This document shows, piece by piece, positions 41,215 to 53,902 of a DNA stretch of 64,000 nucleotides. This DNA comes from Octopus sinensis. Its lineage: Eukaryota. Under the pieces are notes generated by a model. The model had not been told where the DNA came from and ran no database searches. It was given only the letters and a program-made list of their open reading frames with translations. The translations under genes and the position numbers were made by a program. Position 1 is the first letter of the stretch, and each line of letters starts with the position of its first letter. The stretch lies in assembly GCF_006345805.1 (NCBI RefSeq), contig NC_043000.1, positions 38,378,001-38,442,000 of the forward strand, written 5' to 3'.

Positions 41215-41595
41215 CGTCGTGGCACGCCGTCGTTTATGACGACGAGGGTTCCAGTTGATCCGATCAACGGAACAGCCTGCTCGTGAAATTAACGTGCAAG
41301 TGGCTGAGCACTCCACAGACACACGTACCCTTAACGTACTTCTCGAGGAGATTCAGCGTGACATGGAGTATGACATGGATGGCCCTTTGAAATACAGGTA
41401 CAACAGAAACAGAAAGAAAGATTGAAAATTGTGGTGAAAAAGTACAATAGGTTCGCCACAATCACCTGCCGGAGCCTTGTGGAGCTTTAGGTGGTTTCGG
41501 TCAATAAACACTCACAACGCCCGGTCTGGGAATCGAAACCGCGAACCCAAGACCGCGAGTCCGCCTCCCTAACCACTGGGCCGTTACGCCTCCAC
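41215..41595 (-). mobile_element. tRNA-derived SINE family 4
   Basis: Minus-strand head ggcgtaacggcccagtggttag...gtttcgattccc, followed by a non-tRNA body. Confidence 0.75.
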
Positions 41596-41725
41596 ATGTA
41601 CGTATGTACGTGCGTTCGTACACACACACATGTGAGTACGTAAGCGCAAAATGAGGAGAAAAAAAATTGTACTCGAATACTAAAACTTAGTACTTTATTA
41701 AAACTCAGGAAAAGACTACACATAG

Positions 41726-41761
41726 TGTTACTCGGAGTTTCACGTAACTGATCATCAGACA
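41726..41761 (-). ncRNA. Hammerhead-like motif related to family B, canonical CUGAUGA core
   Basis: tgt CTGATGA tcagttacgt GAA ACTCcGAGT A aca; stem II pairs poorly. Confidence 0.4.
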
Positions 41762-41763
41762 GC

Positions 41764-41795
<32 letters not shown>

Positions 41796-44700
41796 TGTGT
41801 GTGTGATAGACTAATACATATTGTTCTGCGCACACCTGCACGCGCGTGCGAGTGTGTGTTGGATGTTGGGACGTTAACGACGGAAGTTGGAGTGAGTGTA
41901 GGCACAATATATTGGTTTTCGAAGGAAGAAAATGAAGTAGCGATCTAAAAAGTATTTTTCGAAGGAAAACAAAGAAGTTACAAAATACAAAAATACACAA
42001 AAAATTTTGATGTGATGGAAGACAACGATAGACATTTGCTTCGGTTCCGTATTAAACTAGTCAACGGTTTCGTTTGTAATTAGGGCAGAACAGTGAAGTC
42101 TTATTTGTCTATCCACTGCTTGGTTACTTTTGTATAGTTTGAAAAATTACTCAGCTTTATTTTTGATCCGATTAATATACACAAATTAATTTAAGTAGAT
42201 CTAAGGGGGATAACTCAAAGCAGTCTCTGTCATAGATTTAGTCGATGAAGTCACAGCGGTTGAACGCCGTAGCATAATTCTTAACTTAATAATACTTCCG
42301 ACTGTGGTAGAGATAGACAACACAATCTCGACGAAAATTTTTGCGACACTCAAGAAAAACAAACAAACTATTTTCAAGAAATTAAGATTGAATTTTCGGA
42401 AGCACTTGCTTGGCAGAGAAGAAAATATTAAAATGTCAACATCAAAATTACATATAAGCGTCAAAACGTTCAGAATACATATTTAAGCTTTTAAATATTT
42501 TGCAATACGCTGTCTCAATCGGTCTATATTGTAAAGGACTGAATAGAAACAATCCGGAGATTGCAAAGACTGAAGTTGAACTTGGTTATGTCATAAATTC
42601 CTAACAATATTTAAGTTGTAGCCACTTAATTTACTTTTGTTTTGTTTTTTTATTACATTTTGTTATATATCGGGAGGGGCATTATGCAAATAATAAAACA
42701 CACGCACCGTTTCAGTTTCACTTCTTTATTGTTTATTTATCAATTGCTTAACTATTTCACCAATCAACTAATCGATGGTTCGATTAATCTTATTACGTTT
42801 ATTTATTTATTTATTTTTTAATTTTTGGCTGGTGGTAGTTATTTAAGCGAATCTGTAACAGTCAATATTAATAAGTACTTTGTTAAAATTTGGTGCATGA
42901 ATGGGGTTGGTAATTAATGAGAGAGAGAGAGAGAGAGAGAGGAGAAAGAAAGGAAAAAACGAAATAATTTAACAGTTAATTAGTGGCACTGATTTAGAGT
43001 TATTTGGTTCTTCTCTACTTAGAAAGAGTTGTATAAATTGAAAGAAAAATGAAAAGAAAGGAAACAAATAAGAATAAGGGCCAGAGAGAGAGAGAGAGAG
43101 GGGGGGAGAGGGAGGCGAGGGGTGGTGGTGGTGGTGGTGGCTTTAATATGAAATACAGCTCTAGAAATAAAATTTAATGGTCTATTTAGTTTGATAAAAT
43201 GGAAATAGAATTCCGTATTCATTCGAAACATCGAAATAAACGAATTGAGCATGAAGAGGTAGAGTGTGTATCTATCCTTTTACTCTTTTGTTTGAGTCAC
43301 TTGACTGTAACCATGCTGGAGCACTACCTTGAAGGTCTTCGCCGAATAAATCATCCCCAGTACTTACTTTTTAACTCTGGTGCTCGTTCGATCGGTGCTC
43401 ATTCGCCGAAACGACAATTATGAGGATATAAACAAACCAACATCGTGTCTGAAGCGGTGGACGCACGCACACGCACACACACACATACAGATATACAGCG
43501 ACGGGCTTCCATTCAGATTCGGTCTACCAAATTCACACACATTACGTTGGGTGCCGCGCAGTGCGGCTGGACTTGAAACCTCGCCGATGCAGCACGAGTT
43601 CCCCAGTTATACAGCCATAAGAATGATTTAGAAAGAGAAAGCTGGATGGGGACAAATAAATTAAAGAAAAAAATTAGTCTTCGGGACAAATTTCTATTAA
43701 GCTTACTTAATAACACCAACATGGCGGCTGGGTGACAGAATCATTCGCATGTCGGACAAAATGCTTAACGGCATTTGCTCGGAATCATTAGGCACTTTCT
43801 TACCAGTTCAAATATGCTGAACCCATTGCCTGCCATGATCATTTGGGGATCTACTGAAAACAGTCTCACTGCTGGTTGTTCGTTGGATTTAAAGTGAATT
43901 GCTTATGTACATCGTTGCATTTGTAGAGGTGTGTTTAACAAAATTTAGTTGTTAAAGTTTGTCATTATTAGCTCTGGCTAATTCTGGGATATTTGATGCC
44001 ATGAATCGCAATTTTTGAACTGCAGAAATATTGACTGTTTTGAAAAGGTTTTTTTCTTTTTTCTGATTTCCCATCTATATCATTCATTGATATTTCATAC
44101 ACATTCGCATTTGATACTATAGTTTTTTAAAAAATAATTTATTATTGCAGTTTAATAGAAATGAATAAATATGCATTTTTTTCAGCGATCCTCATCTGAG
44201 ACTTTTCGAAAAATTATCATAATTTTCAAAATAATTCACATAGGAAAAAAAAATTTAATATTATATATTATTTTAACTCCTAAGACCCTGGCATAGCCAA
44301 ACAATATGAATAAAGAAAACTGGCAGTCAATGGGTTAAGATGTATTCGAACTCATAAGAAGGCTATTCATTGTAGACAAATTGGTGTAAATACACCAAGT
44401 TAGCTCTCAGCGATCCCTGACCAGACTGCGGCATGAATGCATTTCGGAGTGGTTATCTCTTCCTCAACAGTAGAAACCAGAAAGCCAGACGCTGCGAACT
44501 GACACACAAGTCCCTCATATGATATTCCCGTAATAATATACAGCTAACAGTAATAATATACGGGGTGACTAAGTAGTGGTGTGTATGAATACAAACTTGT
44601 TACCGGTTCAAATATGCTTCAGGAATATTCAAACATTGCATGTTCTGAGTTCAAATCCCGCCCAGATCAGTTTTTGCCTTTCATCCCTTTACACTCGATT

Positions 44701-45088
44701 ATATAGAGTAGCAGTCAAGTTCTGGAGTCGATACAATCATGTTGTCTCTTCCCCTCCCTATCGACCTCCAGTACTCAGCTGGTTCTTATTTTATCAACCC
44801 TTAAATGGTAAAAGGCACAATCGACATCAGCGGCATTTGAACTTGTATCGCAAAGAAAGGCAAAATGTCGCTAAGCTTTTTGCCCGGATCACCGCCTTAT
44901 GTCGATTTGTAATCTGTCGAAAATTTTCACTTCCACACGAATGTCATATATCGATACAACGTATTATTATAATACCTACGTCCTCACAATGTAATATCGT
45001 ATCTATTTCCATACGATATCATGTAGTTCCTTCAACACAACATATTTAGCTCCATACCAAATAGCAACCACTTCTTTATAATATGATA

Positions 45089-45300
45089 TCTCTTGCTTGC
45101 TGCTTCAGCCATTAAACTGCGGCCATGCTGGAGCACCGCCTTGATAATTTTTAGTCGAACGAATCGAACCCAGTACTTATTTATTTAAACGAGGACCTTA
45201 ATCCAACAGTCTCTTTCCGGAACCGCTACGTTACGGAAACGTAAACACACCAAGTCAGGCTGTAAAGCGGCGGTGGGAAACAAATACAGATACAAAGACA
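45089..45300 (-). mobile_element. SINE family 1, 3' half
   Basis: cggccatgctggagcaccgcc...ccgctacgttacg... Confidence 0.75.
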
Positions 45301-45317
45301 CACACACACACACACAT

Positions 45318-45416
<99 letters not shown>

Positions 45417-45505
45417 ATATATATACAATTGCAACGTGTAAGGTGTTTGTAAGCCATTTAAGAACACACAAAAGCCGTTCGATTCACTTCAACATTTAAG
45501 TTTAA

Positions 45506-45550
45506 TTTGTCAAAATATTTTCGTCGCTATAAGACCTGTTCACTGACAAA
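45506..45550 (-). ncRNA. Variant type I hammerhead, family C (second copy at 45913-45957)
   Basis: tttgtca GTGAACA g gtc-ttatagc-gac GAA AATATT T tgacaaa: 7-bp stem I, palindromic stem III. Confidence 0.55.
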
Positions 45551-45562
45551 AATCGTGCTGCA

Positions 45563-45605
45563 TCAGTGAACAGGTCGCGGTCTTATAGCGACGAAAATAT
45601 TTTGA
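45563..45605 (+). ncRNA. Variant type I hammerhead, family C (second copy at 45970-46012)
   Basis: tca GTGAACA g gtcgc-ggtcttata-gcgac GAA AATATT T tga. Confidence 0.5.
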
Positions 45606-45744
45606 CAAATTAAACTTAAATGTTGAAGTGAATCGAACGGCTTTTGTGTGTTTCTTACATGGCTTACAAACACCTTCCACGCTGCAATTGTTTTCGTTCC
45701 AGCACACGATCTCAGATCAAATCACTTGCAATGCAAGTAATTCT

Positions 45745-45835
<91 letters not shown>

Positions 45836-46164
45836 TGCAACGTGTAAGGTGTTTGTAAGCCATTTAAGAAACACACAAAAGCCGTTCGATTCACTTCAAC
45901 ATTTAAGTTTAATTTGTCAAAATATTTTCGTCGCTATAAGACCTGTTCACTGACAAAAATCGTGCTGCATCAGTGAACAGGTCGCGGTCTTATAGCGACG
46001 AAAATATTTTGACAAATTAAACTTAAATGTTGAAGTGAATCGAACGGCTTTTGTGTGTTTCTTACATGGCTTACAAACACCTTCCACGCTGCAATTGTTT
46101 TCGTTCCAGCACACGATCTCAGATCAAATCACTTGCAATGCAAGTAATTCTCCTATATATATAT

Positions 46165-46198
<34 letters not shown>

Positions 46199-46377
46199 GA
46201 TAGATAGAATGGTTGTATACTGTCAATCTAACAAGAACGTGACAGTAGGGGGTACACCACCGCTGTATAGCCCTAGGAAGCATCAAACGCCTCCTGATAG
46301 CTTTGACACATTTTTTCCCTGTGTCCTTATATAGACATACGAAGGGGAGACAAACACCCCCGGCTGCCAGAACTGCA

Positions 46378-46423
46378 TCTGGGGACACCGTGTTTCAGGA
46401 TCATTGTCCTTCATCGGCCTAGA
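46378..46423 (-). ncRNA. Type I hammerhead, family D, left arm (one stem I mismatch)
   Basis: Mirror of 46503-46548 with cccaga in place of cctaga. Confidence 0.65.
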
Positions 46424-46502
46424 GTAGCAGACACCGCTCAGCTGGTGATATTTGCCTCGACTTCGTAATTCTATATATCACCAGCTGACCGGTGTCTGCT
46501 AC

Positions 46503-46548
46503 TCTAGGCCGATGAAGGACAATGATCCTGAAACACGGTGTCCCTAGA
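46503..46548 (+). ncRNA. Type I hammerhead, family D (C4 variant)
   Basis: tctagg CCGATGA agga-caatga-tcct GAA ACACgGTGT C cctaga: 6-bp stem I, 4-bp stem II, GUC site. Confidence 0.75.
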
Positions 46549-46776
46549 TGCAGTTCCGGCAGCCGGGGGTGTTTGTCTCCCCTTCGTATGTCTATATAAG
46601 GACACAGGGAAAAAATGTGTCAGAGCTATCATGAGGCGTTCGATGCTTCCTAGGGCTATACAGCGGTGGTGTACCCCCTACTGTCACGTTCTTGTTAGAT
46701 TGACAGTATACAACCATTCTATCCCCCACCACCGTACATGTCTCTACGAGAGATTTAGAAATTCAATATTTCTTAT

Positions 46777-46822
<46 letters not shown>

Positions 46823-46954
46823 TGCATACATGCACATATACACACTCGCAGATACACTCACATATACCTTCATACAAATACAATCCCTTACATATATATA
46901 TATATGTAAACAAACATATATACATTTCTGAGCATCCTCATGTATATATATATA

Positions 46955-47007
<53 letters not shown>

Positions 47008-47584
47008 TGTGTGTGTGTGTGTGTGTGTGTACATATGCATACTTATATACATACACCGATCAACAAATACATCTATACTCATACATACACGCACATACAT
47101 TTATGTGCATATATATATATGTACTTAGGTATATTTGGGGGCACTTCAGTATATATACATATGCATGTGGGATGGGAAGGATGGGAGGGGGAGAATCAGA
47201 ATTATAATTATTGTTTCTTATTCGCTGACCCATCTTGAAAATGCATATCTGGCGCGGTGGTTACATCTTGGAATTTTCTCATCATGCTTGTTTACCAGGT
47301 TCTCATTATCCAACAGTCTACGCAATGCTTCCTCAAAGCAAAGGTCACATTTGTCGGATAGCGAATTACATGGGAGTGCATTTTTTTATTATTGACCATT
47401 CCATTTCGTATTTAAGTTTTGATTCTGTCAGTCCCCATATGAGGTCTGCCAGTGTCGTTGCGTGTCGTCTGTTTATTTTTCAGAATGAAGAGACGTGGTT
47501 GCGATAACAGACTTTCAATAGGTTTTCCGAGACACCTATGTATCTTGGGATGTGGAGAATGTGCATTTTTTTTTACTTGTTTCA

Positions 47585-47702
47585 GTCGTTTGATTGCGGT
47601 CATCCTTGGGCACCGCCTTTAGTCGAAAAAATCGACCCCCAGGACTTATTCTTCGTAAGCCTAGTAATTATTCTATCGGTGTCTTTTGCCGAACCGCTAT
47701 GT
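47585..47702 (-). mobile_element. SINE family 1 fragment
   Basis: tcgaccccccaggacttattctt...gccgaaccgcta. Confidence 0.7.
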
Positions 47703-47787
47703 TATTTGTCACCAGGTGGTGCTATTAAGTTAGACATGGCCTGGGCCAATAATGGCCGAAACCTATCAAAGTATCAAAGTATCAAAG

Positions 47788-47814
<27 letters not shown>

Positions 47815-47819
<5 letters not shown>

Positions 47820-48165
47820 TGGGGGGAACATTGTTTCATGAGCGGACAAGTGGATTTTCTATGGCATGTATAGTTATTTGTGTCATCATTGTTCTTATGT
47901 TTATCTGGTGACTTTTTGTTTTCCTGGTGTTCCGTTTTATTGTTAGTGTCTGAACCCTCAGGAATCGGCAATCTTTTTTGTTGGATCTTTTCTGAAGATT
48001 CATTTAAATTCTATTGCCACCGTCTTCTACGTTATCTGAGATTTTGTGGTCTATCCTTTGTTTATTTTTGATATTGGCCTTAAATCCTGTGATATTATTT
48101 TCACACACGAAGAAATCCCAAATCTAGTTTTGGAAGTATATCGCAATACTACCGGATATTTGGTA
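47815..48165 (-). mobile_element. PLE RT-endonuclease linker fragment
   Basis: NNYTCHRKSTCPLMKQC resembles the C.C....CPL..C linker preceding PLE GIY-YIG domains. Confidence 0.4.
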
Positions 48166-48170
48166 ATTCT

Positions 48171-48348
48171 AGGTAGAAATTGCTAAAATAATTATATCAT
48201 AAAGACCATTTTAGTACTGGTTTCAGCCTTTGAGACTTTTCAACTTAGAGTAAAGCATGAAAAACAATTAAATTGTGGGAAAATTAAATGAAATGTCTTT
48301 TTAAAATATTTCCATAGTTTTCAAATACAAGAGACATTATTCTTTTCT

Positions 48349-48387
<39 letters not shown>

Positions 48388-49084
48388 TTCTTTTTTTACT
48401 CTTGTGAAGGCTTGGTAGTAGGTGGTAGGTAGTAGCAATCCTAAAGGGATATTTGATATGAGTTCTTGGTTTTGATTGTTCACGCAGCAGTAACAGAAGA
48501 AGAAGAAGAAGAAGAAGAAGAAGAAGAAGAAGGAGGAGGAGGAGGAGGAGGAGAGGGAGTAGGAAAAGAAGAGAAAGAATAATAAAAAATACGGGCGTGG
48601 TATGGCAGTAGTAGGATGTTGGTGGAATCCTCTTAAACGGTCAAGTGACCTTTTTTAGTCACGTTTGGGTCACTTGACCGTTTAAGAATTCCACCAACAT
48701 CCTACTACTGCCATACCCCACCCGTATTTTTAGTATTCTTTCTCTTCTTTTCCTACTACCTCCTCTTCTTCTTCTTCTTCTTCTTCTTCCGCTGCTTAAA
48801 CAATGAAAACCAAGAACTCCTATCATATATTCTTTTAGGACTGTTGCTACCTACTGCTAATATCAAGCCTTCACAATACTAAAGAGAGAGAGACAGACAG
48901 ACAGAAAAAAGGAAAACGTCCCTTGTATTTGAAAACTATGGAAATACTTTTAAAAACATTTCATTTAATTTTTCAACAATTTAATTGTTTTTCATGCTTT
49001 ACTCTAAGTTGAAAAAGTCGCAAAGACTGGAACAGGTGGTAAAATGTTCTTTATGATAACATTATTTTAGCATTTTCTACCTTG
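48171..49084. mobile_element. ~910-bp foldback element (whole-element palindrome)
   Basis: Arms 48171-48650 and 48668-49082 with a 17-nt spacer; microsatellites are mirrored. Confidence 0.9.
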
Positions 49085-49300
49085 TCTTATCCCCCAACTA
49101 TCGCGGGTATTACGTTCCAACCCCCTACACCCGTGATAGGTGAAAATCTGGGAAGTAGAAACAGCACTGTACTGTCTATATTTTTTTTATTTTTTATAAT
49201 TTGTATATATTTATTTTATCATAAATACAAAACAACATCACAGAGGAATCGACGTAAGCTTACCTAATTAACCGCGATATACCTATGTACAAGATAGGAA
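49085..49300. mobile_element. Tigger-like non-autonomous fragment
   Basis: cccccaactatcgcgggtattacgttcca...cgtgataggtgaaaatc resembles TcMar-Tigger termini. Confidence 0.4.
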
Positions 49301-50354
49301 AGATGAACCGTGAGCTTTTATGCTTCTTTTTTCTTCTCTTTCTCTTCATCTCTCTATTCCTTTATTTCTGTCCTCTATGTCATCATTTCATTAATCTATA
49401 ACTTTCTCATTTTCCCTATTTGTCTTCGGTGAAGGAATATCCCATACTCTGGGATATTCTTTGAAACAGCTGTAAGACATTGAAAGTTTTCTAATAATGA
49501 TAATGTATTTGACTTGAGATGCTTGCTTTGCCTTAACGTTTGTTGTCCTCTTTAACAATTACATATGTGTATGTATGCTTGTATGTATACATACAACTGG
49601 CTTCCTTCATTTCCCTATAACGAATCTACCTTAGCCTCGAGCCGAGGCTGTAGTAGAGGAAATTTTTCCAAAGAGCCACGTGAGACTGAACACGGAGCCA
49701 AGCGGTTGGGAATCAAACTCTTTACCACACAGCCAAGCCCGCGACTATATATTCACTCCTCACATCCAATATAACATCAACTGACAAAACCCAAGAAATA
49801 ACACCAAACAAAACTGTAATGTGTTTTAATCATCTTCATCCTTTATTTAGCCACAATACACGTGTTTATGAAATAAAATAATACTTAAGAAGCAGTTAAC
49901 AATTACAAACTTACACAACCAATCTTCTCTTCATACGTCTTGGAATTTTTACAAACAATAAAAATAGTAATAATAATAATATTAATAATTTTAATAATGG
50001 TAATGATAATCATAATCAAATTTAAAAATAAAAACATAACAGAAAAAGTAACAAGAAAACATACATATAATCTCACGGCTTTCATAGTTCCCTCTAAAAT
50101 GTAGAATATTATATAAAGGACTGTATATTAGGACAGTACATGTCACACAGATGTTATCATTTCGCAATCGGAAGCATCGTCACTACTCACTTCTATCTGT
50201 GATCGTTGTCTGTGTTTGAGTGATTCTAAAGCTTTCGAATCTTTGCCCAAAGGCAGAGTATCTCCGTTGCTCTGTGAAGTAGAAGAAGACGAAAATATAT
50301 GAAATTGGAAACTTTATCATACTTGACATTAAATTTTAATGTATTTATATATAT

Positions 50355-50540
50355 ATATAAGTAAATCCTAAGAAGAACAAACAAAAAAATACAACAACGT
50401 GAGGACTTAGTACAAGTAATGTATTAGTAGACGCTAAGGAAATGAAAGAAAGATGGTTTAATGTTTCAAGCAGACGCTCTTCTTCGGAAACAGATGGAAA
50501 TCCAATAGATGGGAAGACGGAGGAAGAAAAATCGCCATTG
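50355..50540 (-). repeat. Highly diverged family A copy
   Basis: gtattagtagacgctaagg...atgtttcaagcagacgctcttc. Confidence 0.5.
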
Positions 50541-50551
50541 ATTCACGTGGT

Positions 50552-50599
<48 letters not shown>

Positions 50600-50609
<10 letters not shown>

Positions 50610-50830
50610 TACCAAAAGTAAGAACATAAATGTGAAACAGGGTAGGTAAAAAATAGTAGTCGAATTAGTATTATTATTAAAGCTGCAAAAACATTCACAT
50701 AAATATCACAAAAACTGCAACTCAGAGTTTCACGTTCCCGTTCGTCGGAGAACTTTCCATTCTCAATCTAAACTGTCCGACAGGCGGGCATGTGAAACTC
50801 CGAGTAGCAGTTTTTTGTGATTTTTTGTTA
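50600..50830. mobile_element. Head-to-head pair of family B pLTR fragments with damaged hammerheads
   Basis: Minus: CCGACGA acg-ggaa-cgt GAA ACTCtGAGT T (50711-50750, stem I lost). Plus: aaactgt CCGACAG gcg-ggca-tgt GAA ACTCcGAGT A gcagttt (50770-50813). Confidence 0.7.
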
Positions 50831-50924
50831 TGTTTTTGCAGCTTTAATAATGCTAGTGTATATAAATAAATACATACATATATATATATACATACATATA
50901 TATATATATATATACATACATATA

Positions 50925-50973
<49 letters not shown>

Positions 50974-51229
50974 CAGAACATCGACGATGGCCGGATGTAA
51001 AAAAATAAATTCATAGCAGAAAATCAAAACATGTACCAAATATTACAAAGGCAAATCGCTGCATCTCACTGTCGACCTGCCAATCAGATGTTGTTACACA
51101 CCGCTGCTCACAATGCGATTCCTTGCATTGTTGTATTGTTGTAGGTTTTGGTGTTACCAATATCGCAATTTATCACATATGATTAGCTTGTTGTCATTGT
51201 TAACAATCCTTTAAATCGAGGTATTAGGC

Positions 51230-51480
51230 TGAAGGAATCTATAAAGAAATATTGGAGACGACTTCTCTTTCAGTGCTCTGACTTAATATAATAAGCACCA
51301 GAAACAAACTGAACAATCGATTCAATGAGCCGAGTTATTCGGTTATAAATTATGTACTTTTGTATTTTTCGCCTAATAGGGCCATCAAGGTACACTACAG
51401 GTGCCCGAGATACTCTAATGACCCAGAAATGATGCAAGGCGCGAGTTCCCAAGATACGGAGAGTGGCGAAACCGTACTGC
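51230..51480 (-). mobile_element. Possible decayed RTE-like LINE 3' end
   Basis: APVV...KIQKYI...IVQ weakly parallels the 40.9 kb C-terminus. Confidence 0.25.
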
Positions 51481-52682
51481 AGCTTTACTGGGTTGTGTAG
51501 TTATGTCGACCAGCGGTTGTCACATGTTGGACAAATTTGGATCATTGGTTGAGTCCATTGTAAGAATTTGAACTCAGAACTTAAAGAAATATAACTAAAT
51601 GCTGCACAGTAATTTTTGTTTCGTTCTACATCGAATATGTTAATGTGCAACCTTCACTTAAGTCAACGAATGTACGTTCCAACATCTTGTTAAAGATTAT
51701 TTATAAATATGTCATATCTTTGACATTTTCGTGGACGGAAAATTCAAATGTAAAAAAAAAAAAAATATATAAAAATTGTCCCCCATCTTTTGACTTGATT
51801 TCTCTGCCTAACTCGGTCTTTGTACCTTGTTTCACGAGCTTGCTTTCTAAACTCTGCCCCAATCCATCTTTATAGTGTGCCGCAGCCCCTTTCTCTACCA
51901 CGCCTCAATCACTCTCTGTATAGTTACATGGCAAAGCTATGAAACTTCGTTTAGAGTTTAGTTAAAATAATCTGGGGTTGGAAGTGGGACGTCATATAAC
52001 CATCTGTATTGCGAGTGATAAAAGATTAAGAACCAAAATGTCGTCGTTATTCTCACGCAGAGTAACTGGTGTAATGTCTAACGGAGAGACGCAAATATAC
52101 TTCTGCGTCGTCTCAAACCAAGTGACGTCAAGAAGACATTTTTTTAGCCCTTCACTTCAATAAACAGGCGTTTAATCGCTTTAACGGTTTATCAGTGATT
52201 TCTTAATCTGACAAATTTATTGAAATAAAAATATTTAAATAAAAGACAACGAAAACAAATTCAAATGAATGTCTGAGTCGCTGTTAACTGTTGTACTTTT
52301 TATTTCACACTGCTACGCTATTGACGATTTTATTTAATTTATTGTGATTTTTATTTTTATTTAATTTTCTTTTATTTTTGCAGTGTCTTAGAGAAAAAAA
52401 AACAACACTTTTCTATGATTCTTGTATTGAGCTGATTACCATTACCATCGTATTCTTTAAGAAGTTGACATTTCATATTCACGTGAAATATTTACACTGT
52501 CTCTAGTTCCTCCGCAAGGTTTTAACCGTTTTCGCCTTCACTAACTCCATCTTAAATATGTGCACAGAAACGCACACATACATATACAGACACACAATCT
52601 GCTAAATGTATTTTGTGTGTGTATGTGTGTGTGCGTGTGTGTGCATACGTGGTATATGTGCGTGTGTCTGCGGGTACGCGCG

Positions 52683-52737
<55 letters not shown>

Positions 52738-52740
52738 GAA

Positions 52741-52771
<31 letters not shown>

Positions 52772-52865
52772 TATATATAGTGTAAACAGTGTTAGCGGTT
52801 ATAGTAACCTACTAAGAGACAAAATATCCGTATATACTATCGGTATATATTATTTTCTAATTAAG

Positions 52866-52958
<93 letters not shown>

Positions 52959-53902
52959 AGATATAGGTATATATACATATATATATGCAGATATATCAGC
53001 ATACATGCATACATATCTACAGAAATACGCACCCACACATATCATTGATGGATGGATGGATACAGAGAGAGAGAGAGAGAAAGAAAAGAAAGTAGACCGA
53101 ATAGATAAGTGTAACTATATGTTTGGTATAAGTGTGTGTATGCATGTATGTGCGCGTATGTGTATGTGTATTCGTGTGTTCCGAGAAAGAAAAAAAGCGA
53201 GAAAGGTAACACTTGATACATACAAAACTCAAATCCACACACTGCTATTTGTGCTGTGAACGTTTGACAACATGACAACCTTTTCTAATGCACAAACTGA
53301 CAGATTTGAAAAACAACAATCGGTAATCTAGCGCCTCGTCTTTATATTGAAACTGTTATATTTACTGGTTGGAGTTGAAACGAAGCAAAAATATAAAGAA
53401 AATATGAGAAAAAAAAAAGAAGATTGTCCGTCTCTTTTAATCAGAAATATCACGATACAATATATTTTGAAGTATGAGTCAAATACATTGCTGTTTTCTC
53501 TTTCTGTACGTGTTCATCCACGCAAGGGCACATATTGTGCTAAAACACAATAAAGGTGTAGTAACATACACACACGTATATATGTGTGTGTGAGTGTGTG
53601 TGTGCGTCTGTGTGCGTGTATGTGTAACCTGTATAGTAGATATATAAGCAGGGAAAAATTAGTTATTTCTCCATTGACTGGGAGAGTGACGAACAATCTT
53701 GACCGGTTTTCGAGTTAACATTTCTTAGAGAAACAAACAGCCAATAGGTTTTATATACTCAACAAGTATATAAGGAATACCGGAGCTGCTAATTTGCATA
53801 CCGTAAATGTTTCACACTTTATTCAATATCAGGGAGTGTCCTCAGGGATTTCAGTCCACTCAGTATGAAGGTATGATATATTATATACGTAACCTATGCA
53901 AG

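Larger units (their letters stand above)
45425..46153. repeat. Two near-identical ~322-bp foldback units (family C) separated by (TA)n
   Basis: 45425-45746 and 45831-46153 appear to differ by one A; each has ~122-bp inverted arms. Confidence 0.92.
46203..46723. repeat. 249-bp inverted repeat (family D), 23-nt spacer
   Basis: 46203-46451 vs 46475-46723; six mismatches counted by hand. Confidence 0.95.

Noticed and set aside
42201-42464. Possible terminal exon (acceptor ctaccacag at ~42301)
   Set aside because: One plausible acceptor only; peptide unrecognised.
45425-46153. CRISPR-like repeat-spacer array
   Set aside because: Only two long units separated by (TA)n; eukaryotic context and no cas genes.
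46119-46909. Mirror ORFs MS(P/L)DAV...
   Set aside because: By-products of the inverted repeat that run into (TA)n.
47730-47765. ggcc...ggccgaaacc hammerhead remnant
   Set aside because: Core CUGANGA absent and no stem I.
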